A stretch of 64,000 nt of DNA, from contig OZ240241.1 of the NCBI GenBank assembly GCA_965198115.1, forward strand, positions 8,064,001 to 8,128,000, written 5' to 3'. Source of the stretch: Candidatus Latescibacterota bacterium. GTDB lineage: Bacteria; Latescibacterota; UBA2968. Below are positions 10,406 through 20,129 of the stretch, piece after piece. Position numbers and translations under genes: made by a program. The notes beneath the pieces are model-generated. The model ran no database searches, was not told where the DNA came from, and saw only the letters and a list, made by a program, of their open reading frames with translations. Every line of letters begins with the position of its first letter. Position 1 is the first letter of the stretch.

Positions 10406-11647
10406 ATGCCCATTTCGCTCCTGCACTGCGCCGATACCCACCTCGGTGTGGAAACCTACGGTCGCCTCGATCCTGCGACAGGTCTGAACACCCGTCTCCA
10501 AGACTTCACTCGGAGTCTGCGTTTCATTTTTCAGACCGCGATCGACGAACACGTCGATCTCGTCGTCTTCGCGGGCGACGCCTTCAGAACCTGCGACCCC
10601 ACTCCCACGCATCTACGCGCGTTCGCCGACGCCGTCCGGTTACTCGTGGAAAGCGACATTCCCCTGGTCATGATCACGGGCAATCACGATGCGCCCGTCA
10701 GTTTTGGAAAAGCCTCCTCGATCGACATCTTTTCAACGCTCGGGGCCAGCCACATCTTCGTCGCCGACACGCCTCGTCTCCTCGACATCGACACGGCTCG
10801 CGGCCCGGTTCAGGTTGCGTGCCTGCCCTGGCTGCATCGCAGTCGGGTCCTCACCGATCCGCGGTTCGATGGGATCGGGGAGGTCGAAACGACGGTTGCG
10901 CTCGCATCCATCGCCTGCGAGGAGATCGACCGTCTCGCTTCCCTGGTCGATGTGTCCAAACCATCCATCCTGCTGGCCCACGCCGCGCTGTCCGACGCCG
11001 TTCTGTCCGGAACCGAACGAACCGCCGTCCTCGGACGCGACCCGACTCTGTCCACAGACACGCTGGCGCGCCCCGAATTCGACTACGTCGCCCTGGGGCA
11101 CATCCATCGGTTTCAAAATCTCAACCCCGACGGATCCCCCCCGGTCGTGTATGCCGGCAGCATCGAACGCGTGGATTTCGGCGAAGAGACCGAGCCCAAG
11201 GGTGCCGTTCTCGTCGAGATCGCTGACGGCCCCCATCCTCGTCCCACGTCGACGCGTTACGTTTCCACGCCCGCACGCCGCTTCGTCACGATCGAGGCTT
11301 GCGTTCCTCCCGGGGCCGATCCGACAGCCGTCCTCGTCGAAGCCATCGAACGCCACGATGTCCGAGACGCCGTCGTCCGCGTGCTCTACGAGACCGACAC
11401 CGAAACCTCGCCTCCCGACGCTAAGTGCCTGCGTACCGCTCTTCGCGGTGCGGCACACGTCGCGCTCATCGGGCGTCGGTCGAGCACACCGTGTAGAACG
11501 ACAAGAGCTCACATCACGCAGCAAATGGGGCTGACCCAAGCCATCAAGACCTACCTGTCCGTGCATCCCGAATTGGCCACGTACCAATCGGACCTCATCG
11601 ACCGGGCACTCGGTCTGGCTACCCAGATAGAGGAGGACACTGCGTGA
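10406..11647 (+). CDS. sbcD: SbcD/Mre11 nuclease subunit
   Basis: HCADTHLG, AGDAF, GNHD, YVALGHIH, YAGSIERVDFGE. Confidence 0.92.
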   Translation: MPISLLHCADTHLGVETYGRLDPATGLNTRLQDFTRSLRFIFQTAIDEHVDLVVFAGDAFRTCDPTPTHLRAFADAVRLLVESDIPLVMITGNHDAPVSFGKASSIDIFSTLGASHIFVADTPRLLDIDTARGPVQVACLPWLHRSRVLTDPRFDGIGEVETTVALASIACEEIDRLASLVDVSKPSILLAHAALSDAVLSGTERTAVLGRDPTLSTDTLARPEFDYVALGHIHRFQNLNPDGSPPVVYAGSIERVDFGEETEPKGAVLVEIADGPHPRPTSTRYVSTPARRFVTIEACVPPGADPTAVLVEAIERHDVRDAVVRVLYETDTETSPPDAKCLRTALRGAAHVALIGRRSSTPCRTTRAHITQQMGLTQAIKTYLSVHPELATYQSDLIDRALGLATQIEEDTA

Positions 11648-14600
11648 TCCCCGTTTCCCTCCGGCTGAGCAACTTCCTGAGCTACGGCGAAGACGTGAAC
11701 GAGCTCGACTTCACCGCGTTCGACGTCGCCTGTGTGTGCGGGAAGAACGGGCACGGCAAATCTGCACTATTCGATGCCGTCACGTGGTCCCTCTGGGGCG
11801 AGGCTCGGAAAGCGGGAAGCGAACGCAAGGCCGACGCGGGGTTGGTGCGATCGGGCGCCCGTGAGATGCGTGTCGCGTTCGTCTTCGACCTCCACGCACA
11901 TCGCTACCGAGTCATCCGATCCTTCCGCAAGCGACCCAGCGGAGGGGTCGCCGGCCTCGAGCTGCAGATATTCGATTCCGCCACGACCCGCTATCATTCA
12001 CTCTCCGAATCCGGATCCGTTCGGCAGACGCAGCAGCGCATCCACGCCCTCCTGGGCATGAGCTACGAGACCTTTGTCAACAGCGCACTGCTTCTACAGG
12101 GTCAGGCCGACGCCTTCACTCGCCGAAGCCCGGGCGATCGCAAAGCGGTGCTGGCCGAGATCCTGGAGCTGAACCGCTACGACGACCTGTCAGAAGCGGC
12201 GCGCGAGCATCTCGCCAGTGCCAGGGCCGCCGCTGCCCAGGGTGCTCGACGGCTGGCCGAAATCGACGAGACCTCTGCTCGGCTCGAGACACTAAAGTGC
12301 CAGTGCCAAGACCAGGAGTTGCGCTTCAAAGAGGCAACACGGGCGTGGGAGGAAGCCGATCGACGCCTGAACGAGGCAAAAACGAGAGCGGCCGACGTCG
12401 AGCGACTGAGGCGCGAACTGTCCGAAACGCGGGCGGAACGACAACGTCTCAGCAAGGAGATCAAAGAGGTCCGTAACCAGCTTGGCGCTGCGCGTCACCG
12501 AAGACACGCGGCATCCATCCTCCTCGCTGATGCCGCGGCGATTCGGGAACGGTCCGCCCGCAGAAGCCTTCTCGAAGCTCGCGTAGCCGATTTCGCCCAG
12601 CGTCACATCGAAACCACGACGGCCCTTGCCCAAAAGACCGAGCTGGAAGCGAAGGTCGCCGGAGCGCGTCAGCGAGCCAGTCACGAACTCGAACTCTGCC
12701 GACGCCAGCAGGCACTCGCGGCAGAGGAGCTCGCCCGGGTCGAAGCCACCCTGGCCACTTTAAGCGAGGTCGCCGATCTCGTTCGAGCCCTCGAGGACCT
12801 CAAGGCCGAAGATAGACGCCTGAACGAAGCGCGCAACAAGGAACACCGTCTCCGGGCCGAACTCTCGGAAGCCACGACCCTGTTCGAACGGGAGTGTGCC
12901 AAACGGAAAGCACGAATCGCATCCCTCGCCGAAGAGATCGAACGACACCGGCAGACGGCAACCGCGCTCTCAGAACTCGACGACCGGGTCGAACAGTTGA
13001 ACCGACAAAAAGACGAGGTCCGTACGCTGGAACGAGCTCAAGAAAAACTGCGACACGAAAGTCTTGTCCTTTCGAAGGAAGAAGCGTCGTGGGCGGCACG
13101 GCTGTCCGACTCGGAAACGGTGATGTCCCGAATCGACCGGCAATTGGACGACCTCGGACAATCGGACGGCGACTGCCCCGTCTGCGGCACGCTCCTCGAT
13201 GAAGGGCACCGGAAGAACGCCATCGAACGCCTTGAGCAGGATCGTTCAGAATGCTGTCAGGAACGAGATCGAGGTCGTCTCGCCGTCGCACACGCGCAGG
13301 TCAGGCAAAGAACTCTCGCGGACGCGATCGCCCAGAATGAACAGTCAGTGGCTCGCGCGGCTCGTGTCGAAGCCGATTTGGCCCAAGCACAGATCGAACG
13401 AAATCAGGCGATGGTCGCGCAAGAGGAGTTGGCCAACGCCGAGTCCGAACACCGACGTGGACGAACGAACCTGCAGCGATTCGTGAAGGCGAGTCGCCGC
13501 GCCCGAAGGTGCGAACAACACCGATCATCCATCGCCGCGCTCGACTACGACGCCTCTGTTCACGACGACGTGCGTCGGCGGATCGAAGCCGTGGGATACG
13601 CGGAAACCGACCTCCGAAACATCGAGCTTGCCCGCGCCGAACAGCCCAGGTTGGCCTCTCTGCTCGAAGAGGCCCAAGATCGGACACACGAGGCGGAGAG
13701 TCTGCTGAACGGCGAGACGGTCGATCCCGTCATCCGCAAGCAACTGGAAGAAGCCAACGAACGGATCGCACGTCTCGACTACGACGAGCAACGCCACCGA
13801 AAAGCCCACGAAGAGCTACAGGCCACTTCCGACGTTCCGGACGCACTCGAGAGATTGCGGGGAGCCGAGCGTGATGCCGAAACGGCAGAAGCGCAGATCG
13901 GGGCCCTTGAGCATCAGCTGGAATCGCTTCGACCCCTGCTCTCTGTGTGTGAGCGGCAGATGGGCGCCCTCGAGTCAGCGCTCGGGGCCAGCACCGATTC
14001 GGAATCGAACATTCAAACCCTCCAGGACGGCGTCTTCGAAGCCCGCGACACACGGGACCGATTGCTTCAAGGCGTGGCCACGCTACGACGCGACTGCGAA
14101 ATGGGTCAGGAGACGATCGATCGTCGGCCGCACGTAAAATCCGAGCTCGAGAGGGCCGAAAAAGATGTCGTTCTGTATGGACACCTGATCGCCGCGTTCG
14201 GCCGCGACGGCATTCCCGCACTGATCATCGAGCAGGCCATTCCCGAAATCGAAGCCGAGGCGAACGCGCTGCTGGCCAGGTTGACCGGGGACGGCACACG
14301 GGTCATCCTCGATCCTGTTCGAAACCTCAGAGGAGGCGGAACACGCGAAACGTTCGACATTCGGATCAGCGACGACGTCGGAGAGCGCCCCTACGAGCTC
14401 TACTCAGGCGGTGAAGCGTTTCGCGTGGACTTCGCCCTTCGTATTGCCCTCTCCCGGCTTCTCGCTCGGAGAACAGGTGCACCGTTGCAGACCCTCGTGA
14501 TCGACGAAGGCTTCGGAACGCAAGACACGGAGGGCGTGGACCGGCTGGTCGATGCCATTCAGACGGTCCGCGAGGACTTTGCCAAGATTCTCATCATCTC

Positions 14601-14691
14601 TCACGTCGATGCCGTCAAGGACGCCTTCCCCGTGACCATCGCGGTCACCAAAACACCCGACCGCGGATCCAGCTTTCAGGTTCTGAGCTGA
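11644..14691 (+). CDS. sbcC: SbcC/Rad50 SMC-like ATPase
   Basis: Walker A GKNGHGKS, long coiled coil with CPVC zinc hook, YSGGE signature, LVIDEGFG Walker B. Confidence 0.93.
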   Translation: MIPVSLRLSNFLSYGEDVNELDFTAFDVACVCGKNGHGKSALFDAVTWSLWGEARKAGSERKADAGLVRSGAREMRVAFVFDLHAHRYRVIRSFRKRPSGGVAGLELQIFDSATTRYHSLSESGSVRQTQQRIHALLGMSYETFVNSALLLQGQADAFTRRSPGDRKAVLAEILELNRYDDLSEAAREHLASARAAAAQGARRLAEIDETSARLETLKCQCQDQELRFKEATRAWEEADRRLNEAKTRAADVERLRRELSETRAERQRLSKEIKEVRNQLGAARHRRHAASILLADAAAIRERSARRSLLEARVADFAQRHIETTTALAQKTELEAKVAGARQRASHELELCRRQQALAAEELARVEATLATLSEVADLVRALEDLKAEDRRLNEARNKEHRLRAELSEATTLFERECAKRKARIASLAEEIERHRQTATALSELDDRVEQLNRQKDEVRTLERAQEKLRHESLVLSKEEASWAARLSDSETVMSRIDRQLDDLGQSDGDCPVCGTLLDEGHRKNAIERLEQDRSECCQERDRGRLAVAHAQVRQRTLADAIAQNEQSVARAARVEADLAQAQIERNQAMVAQEELANAESEHRRGRTNLQRFVKASRRARRCEQHRSSIAALDYDASVHDDVRRRIEAVGYAETDLRNIELARAEQPRLASLLEEAQDRTHEAESLLNGETVDPVIRKQLEEANERIARLDYDEQRHRKAHEELQATSDVPDALERLRGAERDAETAEAQIGALEHQLESLRPLLSVCERQMGALESALGASTDSESNIQTLQDGVFEARDTRDRLLQGVATLRRDCEMGQETIDRRPHVKSELERAEKDVVLYGHLIAAFGRDGIPALIIEQAIPEIEAEANALLARLTGDGTRVILDPVRNLRGGGTRETFDIRISDDVGERPYELYSGGEAFRVDFALRIALSRLLARRTGAPLQTLVIDEGFGTQDTEGVDRLVDAIQTVREDFAKILIISHVDAVKDAFPVTIAVTKTPDRGSSFQVLS

Positions 14692-15825
14692 GTGGTGCCC
14701 GCGGCCGCACCGATACCCACCCGTCAGTCGGCCTGGATTGAAGTCGATCGCGAAGCCATCGCCGACAACGTCCGATCCGTAAACAGCCTGCTCGGACCGT
14801 CCACAAGATACACGGCCGTCGTCAAAGCGAACGGATACGGACACGGGTTGGTGGCAGCGGCGCAGGCCGCGATTACCGGGGGCGCCGACGCGCTCGGCGT
14901 GGCCCTCCTCGAAGAAGGGGCCGCGCTCAGAGCGGCTGGGGTTCGATCTGCAATCCTCGTCCTCGGCGCCAGCCTGCCCGAATGCGCCGATGCACTCGTC
15001 GAGAACGACCTCGCCCCGATGGTGTCCGATCCTGCTCTCATCGAAGCCCTCGACCTCGCGGCGCAACGTCAAGACAGGGTTGTCCGTGTTCACGTCAAAG
15101 TGGACACGGGAATGGGCCGCGTCGGCGCCCATCCCGAACGGATCGAGTCTCTGCTCGACCAAGCCAGGACCCGACCCCAGGTCCGTCTCGACGGTCTCTC
15201 GACACACATCGGCTGGGAGGACAAGGCCCGCATCGATGAGCAGGTCAATTCTTTTCTCAGCCTGGCAAACCGCGTCGGAACCGACGACTGCGCCCGACAC
15301 GCCGCGAACAGCCTCGTCGCTCTTCAATCGAGCGCCGGACGGATGGACATGGCCCGGCTGGGCCTCCTCACTTACGGCGTCCTCCCGCAACCCCTCTACC
15401 AGACCGAAGAACCCGCCGATCTTCGTCCCGCCCTGTCGATCCTCGCTCGGATCACGCAGTTGCGGGACGCAGACCCCGGTCAGACGGTGAGCTACGGTGG
15501 CACCTACACGGTCGATCGCCCCTCGCGTCTGGCCATCCTGCCGGTCGGCTATGCCGACGGCTACCCCCGCTCGTTATCCAACCGCGGCCAGGTGCTCATC
15601 CACGGATGCCGCTGCCCGGTTCGGGGCGCCGTATGCATGGACCAGATCGTCGTCGACGTGACGGAATGTCCCGACGCGCGACTCGGAAGTCGCGCCGTCC
15701 TCGTCGGTTCGGATGGCCGCCTCACGATTACGATCAACGATCTTGCCCACACCGCGGGCGCCATCCCTCACGAAATCCTCGCCGGTCTTGGCCCGCGCCT
15801 TCCCAGAGTCTCAGGGCCCCGTTAG
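14692..15825 (+). CDS. alr: Alanine racemase
   Basis: VVKANGYGHG PLP lysine, KVDTGMGRVG, VGYADGYPR, CMDQ. Confidence 0.95.
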   Translation: MVPAAAPIPTRQSAWIEVDREAIADNVRSVNSLLGPSTRYTAVVKANGYGHGLVAAAQAAITGGADALGVALLEEGAALRAAGVRSAILVLGASLPECADALVENDLAPMVSDPALIEALDLAAQRQDRVVRVHVKVDTGMGRVGAHPERIESLLDQARTRPQVRLDGLSTHIGWEDKARIDEQVNSFLSLANRVGTDDCARHAANSLVALQSSAGRMDMARLGLLTYGVLPQPLYQTEEPADLRPALSILARITQLRDADPGQTVSYGGTYTVDRPSRLAILPVGYADGYPRSLSNRGQVLIHGCRCPVRGAVCMDQIVVDVTECPDARLGSRAVLVGSDGRLTITINDLAHTAGAIPHEILAGLGPRLPRVSGPR

Positions 15826-15884
15826 GTCGAATTTCGCTATATTTCAAGGTCTCGTTCCTTTGAACCGGATCGACGGGAGCCCGA

Positions 15885-16916
15885 ATGAACCTACGTTCGT
15901 CTGCCCTGCTGAGTTCGATCGTCCTGCTCGTATCGGCCTGCGTCGACAGCCAGCCCGCTTCGGTCGGGCCTACGCAGGAAATCCTCGTGCTTGCCGACCC
16001 CGACGACTGGCGAACCCTCGAAGTTCCCATCCGGGAGACCTTCGAAAAGGTCCTGCGAACACCTCAGGAGGAAAAGATTTTCAGCGTCGAACACGGACGG
16101 ATCGCCGACCTGAAGACGCACAAGCACCTCCGGCGCAAAAACCTGATGGTCGCCGCCCCGATCGGCGCAGAGCACGAGGTTGGAGACTTTCTTCGAGATC
16201 TCCTGAGCGCCCCGGTCCGTGAGAGCATCGCCGAAGGCCGGGGCGGCGTGTCTTGGAAGAAAAACGTCTGGGCCAAAGACCAGCTGTTGATCGTCGCGTC
16301 GGGCAGAGACCTGGAATCGCTCGTCGCCGGCATCCGAATGGAAGCCGATCGGCTCTTTTCGACGGCGGAGGAAGCCCGTAACGAGCGGGTCACCCAGCTG
16401 ATTTACAAATACGGGGAACGGAAGGACGTCACCGCCCAGCTGCTCGAGGACTTCGGATGGCAGATTCGCGTGCCCTTCGGCTACCGCATCCTCGAATCCA
16501 AGCCCGACAGTGGTTTCGTCGCGCTCGTCAAAGAGGAGCCAAATCGGTGGTTCTTCGTCTACTGGGAGGACGGCATCTCACCCGACACGCTCACCCACGA
16601 CTGGGTCATCGCCAAGCGTAACGACATCACGCGTCGCTTCTTCGACAACGACAGGATCGCACCCGGCGAAGTCGACGTGTTTCAGGATGAGTTTCGGGGA
16701 AAGCTGGCGGTGGTCCTGCAGGGGCTTTGGGAAAACCAAAGACAGTGGACGGGAGGGCCGTTCAAGAGCTACGCCTTCGTCGACGTCGATCAGGAAAGAC
16801 TGTGGTTTGTGGACGTCGGAGTCTTTTCACCCAACAAGCGTAAAGAGACCTACCTCCGGCAACTGGATCTGATCGCACAAACCTTCTATTACGCATCTTT
16901 CGGGAGTGAGGGATAA
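15885..16916 (+). CDS. DUF4837-like lipoprotein
   Basis: Lipobox LVSAC; TPQEE, NVWAKDQ, GLWEN...GGPF, KRKETYLRQL motifs. Confidence 0.7.
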   Translation: MNLRSSALLSSIVLLVSACVDSQPASVGPTQEILVLADPDDWRTLEVPIRETFEKVLRTPQEEKIFSVEHGRIADLKTHKHLRRKNLMVAAPIGAEHEVGDFLRDLLSAPVRESIAEGRGGVSWKKNVWAKDQLLIVASGRDLESLVAGIRMEADRLFSTAEEARNERVTQLIYKYGERKDVTAQLLEDFGWQIRVPFGYRILESKPDSGFVALVKEEPNRWFFVYWEDGISPDTLTHDWVIAKRNDITRRFFDNDRIAPGEVDVFQDEFRGKLAVVLQGLWENQRQWTGGPFKSYAFVDVDQERLWFVDVGVFSPNKRKETYLRQLDLIAQTFYYASFGSEG

Positions 16917-16921
16917 GAAGC

Positions 16922-17659
16922 ATGGCGGAACAGACGCAACGGGAACGTTCGCGCCTCGCACGGGTGAGGGCAACCGTCAGAAGACGCCTCATCGCTGGCG
17001 TCGCCGTCCTCGTCCCCCTCGTGGTGACGTTCATCGCGCTCCGCCTCGTGTTTCAATGGCTTGACGGATTCGCCCAGCCTCTGATCAAGGGCGTTCTGGG
17101 TTCCGAGGATGACATCCCGGGCCTGGGCATCGCGCTGACGCTCGTCGCGGTGTGGGTTGCGGGCGTCCTGGGCGGCAACGTCGTCGGAAGACGTGTCATC
17201 GGACAGGGCGACGAAATCATCGCCCGGATCCCGCTGATCGGGAGCATCTACACACCCGTCAAGCAGTTCATCAGCACGGTGGTCTCACCTCACCCTCGGC
17301 ACGACTTCAGAAGAGTGGTCCTGGCAGAATACCCTTCCGACGATCGTTGGATCCTGGGTTTCGCCACGGGAGAAGTCACTTTGCCCGAGGAAACACCCGG
17401 CCAGTGCGTGTTCGTGCCCACCTCACCCAACCCGGCCACTGGATGGATGGTCATCTTTCCAGAGGACAAGGTTCAGGAAACAGATCTCTCAGTTGAAGAA
17501 GCCATGCGCGTGATCGTATCCGGCGGGATTGTCGTTCCTGAGGCCCTCGGTCACGCCGGCGTCACCGAGGATGAGCTTCCGCTCTTTCAATCCCCTCCCG
17601 AAGCATCCGGTTCGCCAGATCGGCCTCCGACAGCTGCCCGTCCCGGGCAAGGCGTGTGA
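16922..17659 (+). CDS. DUF502 membrane protein
   Basis: RIPLIGSIY, VFVPTSPNPATG, SVEEAMRVIVSGG. Confidence 0.85.
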   Translation: MAEQTQRERSRLARVRATVRRRLIAGVAVLVPLVVTFIALRLVFQWLDGFAQPLIKGVLGSEDDIPGLGIALTLVAVWVAGVLGGNVVGRRVIGQGDEIIARIPLIGSIYTPVKQFISTVVSPHPRHDFRRVVLAEYPSDDRWILGFATGEVTLPEETPGQCVFVPTSPNPATGWMVIFPEDKVQETDLSVEEAMRVIVSGGIVVPEALGHAGVTEDELPLFQSPPEASGSPDRPPTAARPGQGV

Positions 17660-17816
17660 GCCCTTCCATCACATCCCCATCCAGAATCGTGGCCAATCGA
17701 TCAACCCGTTGATCCTGTCGTGCCGGGAGTTGGTCTCCCTCTCGCCGACCGTAGATACGGGATACCAGAACCAGGAGCACGATCAGACAAACAAGCAAGA
17801 ATACAAAGGCATCCAT
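17562..17816 (-). CDS. Small membrane-anchored hypothetical protein (possible ribbon-helix-helix-like C-terminus)
   Basis: ATG start, hydrophobic N-terminal helix, amphipathic C-terminus. Overlaps the DUF502 3' end convergently. Confidence 0.5.
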   Translation of the reverse strand: MDAFVFLLVCLIVLLVLVSRIYGRREGDQLPARQDQRVDRLATILDGDVMEGLTRLARDGQLSEADLANRMLREGIERAEAHPR

Positions 17817-17914
17817 CCTTCACTCGCCCCTTTTCCTTGACTTTCCACCCCTTCGCTCATAATCTACTGAATAATGAAGACTTGTCTCAATCTCAGGCAC
17901 AACGGAGCGTCCAC

Positions 17915-18196
17915 ATGCTCTGGTGGATGATCTGCTTCGCCGCGACGGCCGTCACCATTTTTGCAAAGTGGTATTTCACGACAGCCGTCGAACGAATGCG
18001 GCAGGGCCTGATGCGTGAGCAGCGAACCGCCCTGGAGCTGAAAGGTGAGCTCAGTGATCTCCGCCAGGACCAAAAGACCCGGGCTCGCAAGGCGAGGGAC
18101 CGCGAAGCGGAAATCAAACGCACAAAGAGCAACATTGCCTCGCTCACGGGCGAGATCAAGGGACTCCAGGACGACCTGAAAAACAAGAAAGTGTAG
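17915..18196 (+). CDS. Small TM + coiled-coil hypothetical protein
   Basis: GGAG RBS, MLWWMICFAATAVTIFAKWYF then a heptad-rich tail; terminator downstream. Confidence 0.65.
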   Translation: MLWWMICFAATAVTIFAKWYFTTAVERMRQGLMREQRTALELKGELSDLRQDQKTRARKARDREAEIKRTKSNIASLTGEIKGLQDDLKNKKV

Positions 18197-18231
18197 CGGA
18201 CGGGAACGATTCACCGTCTCACCAAACAGAG

Positions 18232-18260
18232 GGCCGGAGCGCAAGCGCTCCGGCCATTTT
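18232..18260. terminator. Intrinsic terminator between convergent genes
   Basis: GGCCGGAGCG-CAAG-CGCTCCGGCC followed by ATTTT. Confidence 0.7.
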
Positions 18261-18282
18261 CGTGATGCTCTGCCTGGTCTTC

Positions 18283-18948
18283 TCAGTCCTCCTCCAGGGC
18301 CCTCGTGTAGATCAGCGCCGCGATCGCGCCGCCGACGAGTGGCCCAACCCAGTAAAGCCAGAGATTCTGAACCCCACCACCCAGTAGGGCAGGACCCAGA
18401 TGCCGGGCCGGGTTCATGGCGGCTCCCGTAATCGGTCCGCCCATCATGATATCCAGTGAGATGGTGAGGCCGATGAACAACCCGCCGACCTTGGGTGCAC
18501 GGGCGTCGATCTCGGTCCCGAAGACTACGAATACGAGGAAAAACGTGAGTACGATCTCCGTCACCAGGCCCTGGCCGATCGTAATGCCCTCACCCAGGGC
18601 GGGTGTTCCCATCCCTACGGCCGCCAAGGCCGCGCCAGGCACCGCCATCTTCACCACCGCCGCCGCCACGATTCCGCCCAAACACTGAGCGATGATGTAG
18701 CCGATCGCGTTGTTGAACTCGATTTTGCCGCCCACAAGGGCGCCGAAGGTGACCGCAGGATTGAGATGACCCCCGCTCGTCGCAGCCGTCGCACTGACCA
18801 TCACGGCGATCGTCAGACCGTGCGCCAGAGCGATTCCCGTCAGTCCAAGAGCGCCCCCTGAGATGTGATTTGCCGCAATCGCACCCACACCGATGAAAAT
18901 CAGCGCGAAGGTACCGACGAACTCCGCAACCATGGCCTTACCATTCAT
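18283..18948 (-). CDS. Aquaporin / MIP channel
   Basis: AEFVGTF, SGGHLNPAVT and AMNPARHLGP (two NPA motifs), LYWVGP. Confidence 0.95.
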   Translation of the reverse strand: MNGKAMVAEFVGTFALIFIGVGAIAANHISGGALGLTGIALAHGLTIAVMVSATAATSGGHLNPAVTFGALVGGKIEFNNAIGYIIAQCLGGIVAAAVVKMAVPGAALAAVGMGTPALGEGITIGQGLVTEIVLTFFLVFVVFGTEIDARAPKVGGLFIGLTISLDIMMGGPITGAAMNPARHLGPALLGGGVQNLWLYWVGPLVGGAIAALIYTRALEED

Positions 18949-19146
18949 ATCGTTCCCTCCCTGTTATGAGACCCAGACATCGAAGTTCAATGGCGTCTTG
19001 AACGCAGTGGCGCCACGCATGACTTCGAAGACAGGAATCCCCGTTGGGCGAATCACGAGAGTTTAAGGCTGGTATGGGTAAAAATCAACCGGGCGGCATC
19101 TGGCGGCGACTCGATGCGGTAGGGTTGTATGGGTGCAAAGGAAGGG

Positions 19147-19329
19147 TTACTTGACGTAATATCCGATGAAAAGAAAGTCGATGAACAGGAGCAGACAGAG
19201 AATCTCGACCGCAAGAAACAGAACGAGCTCGAGTCGATCGCGCCATCCACCTACCTCGGCGGCGCCCTCTGTGATCGCGTCTTCCTCGGTCGATCGTCGG
19301 GACCGGTCACGGCGTGTCCGTTTTGCCAT
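19147..19329 (-). CDS. Small hypothetical membrane protein
   Basis: 60 aa, basic N-terminus and C-terminal TM helix; follows the 69-aa ORF closely. Confidence 0.5.
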   Translation of the reverse strand: MAKRTRRDRSRRSTEEDAITEGAAEVGGWRDRLELVLFLAVEILCLLLFIDFLFIGYYVK

Positions 19330-19342
19330 TTCGGGATTCCGG

Positions 19343-19552
19343 CTACCCGTTCAGCATATCGCTCAATTGGTCGTCGGCTGGGTCGACGCGGTCGAGCGTC
19401 GTTTGCCAGAGCTTCTGGTTGGGATCTTCGACGGTCACGTAGTCTTCCCCCACAAACAGAACCTTACAGGGACCGACGACCGTTTGCTCTCCGAGCCGAC
19501 ACGTAACAAGCATACCGGCTGTGATGTCCACCTGTTGCTCTTCGTCCGCCAT
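19343..19552 (-). CDS. Small hypothetical beta-rich protein (SH3/Sm-like pattern)
   Basis: AGGA RBS; alternating beta-strand pattern (CKVLFVGEDYVTVED). Confidence 0.55.
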   Translation of the reverse strand: MADEEQQVDITAGMLVTCRLGEQTVVGPCKVLFVGEDYVTVEDPNQKLWQTTLDRVDPADDQLSDMLNG

Positions 19553-19654
19553 CCTGATCCTTGCCTTTCCGGGTACTCGTAGGTTTTTGCGCGATTAAGG
19601 TAACCGGTCCACGATTCAATGTCAATCCAGCCCCGAAACACCATCCCGAACGCG

Positions 19655-19687
19655 AAAGGGCCGCCTCGGGTAAACCGACGCGGCCCT
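19655..19687 (-). terminator. Intrinsic terminator after groES-like gene
   Basis: Minus strand AGGGCCGC-GTCGG-TTTAC-CCGAG-GCGGCCCT followed by TT. Confidence 0.65.
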
Positions 19688-19708
19688 CCTTATTCTTCGT
19701 GTCTGACG

Positions 19709-20101
19709 TCAGAGATCGTCGAGACCCAGTTCATCCAGAATCGAGCGCTTGTCTCTCATCAGAACAAGAATGGACGAATGTGAAACGATCAGGTACTTTT
19801 CGCCGTCGAACTTGATTTCCATGGCGGCCTTTTTCAGGAAAAGCGCGTAATCGCCGATTTCGACCTGCATGGGCAAGTATCGCGGTTCACTCTCGTTGGC
19901 CTTCCACGGCTCTTCTTCATCGCGGGCTTCGGGGAGCGGGATGCCAGGACCGATTTCGACAACTCTTCCTCCCTGAACCTCTTCTTTCTCAACCACCGTC
20001 TGCGGTAGGTAAAGTCCGACATCGGTCTTCTGCTCGAGCTCTTCTTGTTTGATCAGAATACGGTCGCCAATCACGATTAACTGGCGATTGCCCAACTTCA
20101 T
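19709..20101 (-). CDS. GroES-family co-chaperonin (stand-alone paralogue)
   Basis: IGDRILIK...GLYLP...GRVVEIGPG...VEIGD...IKFDGEKYLIV; no groEL in the window. Confidence 0.85.
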   Translation of the reverse strand: MKLGNRQLIVIGDRILIKQEELEQKTDVGLYLPQTVVEKEEVQGGRVVEIGPGIPLPEARDEEEPWKANESEPRYLPMQVEIGDYALFLKKAAMEIKFDGEKYLIVSHSSILVLMRDKRSILDELGLDDL

Positions 20102-20129
20102 TCATACCTCCACGGCGGACCTTGTCCGG

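Noticed and set aside
10406-14691. SMC-based defence system (Wadjet/Lamassu)
   Set aside because: Canonical SbcD + SbcC pair with zinc hook in a housekeeping context; no effector or kleisin genes.
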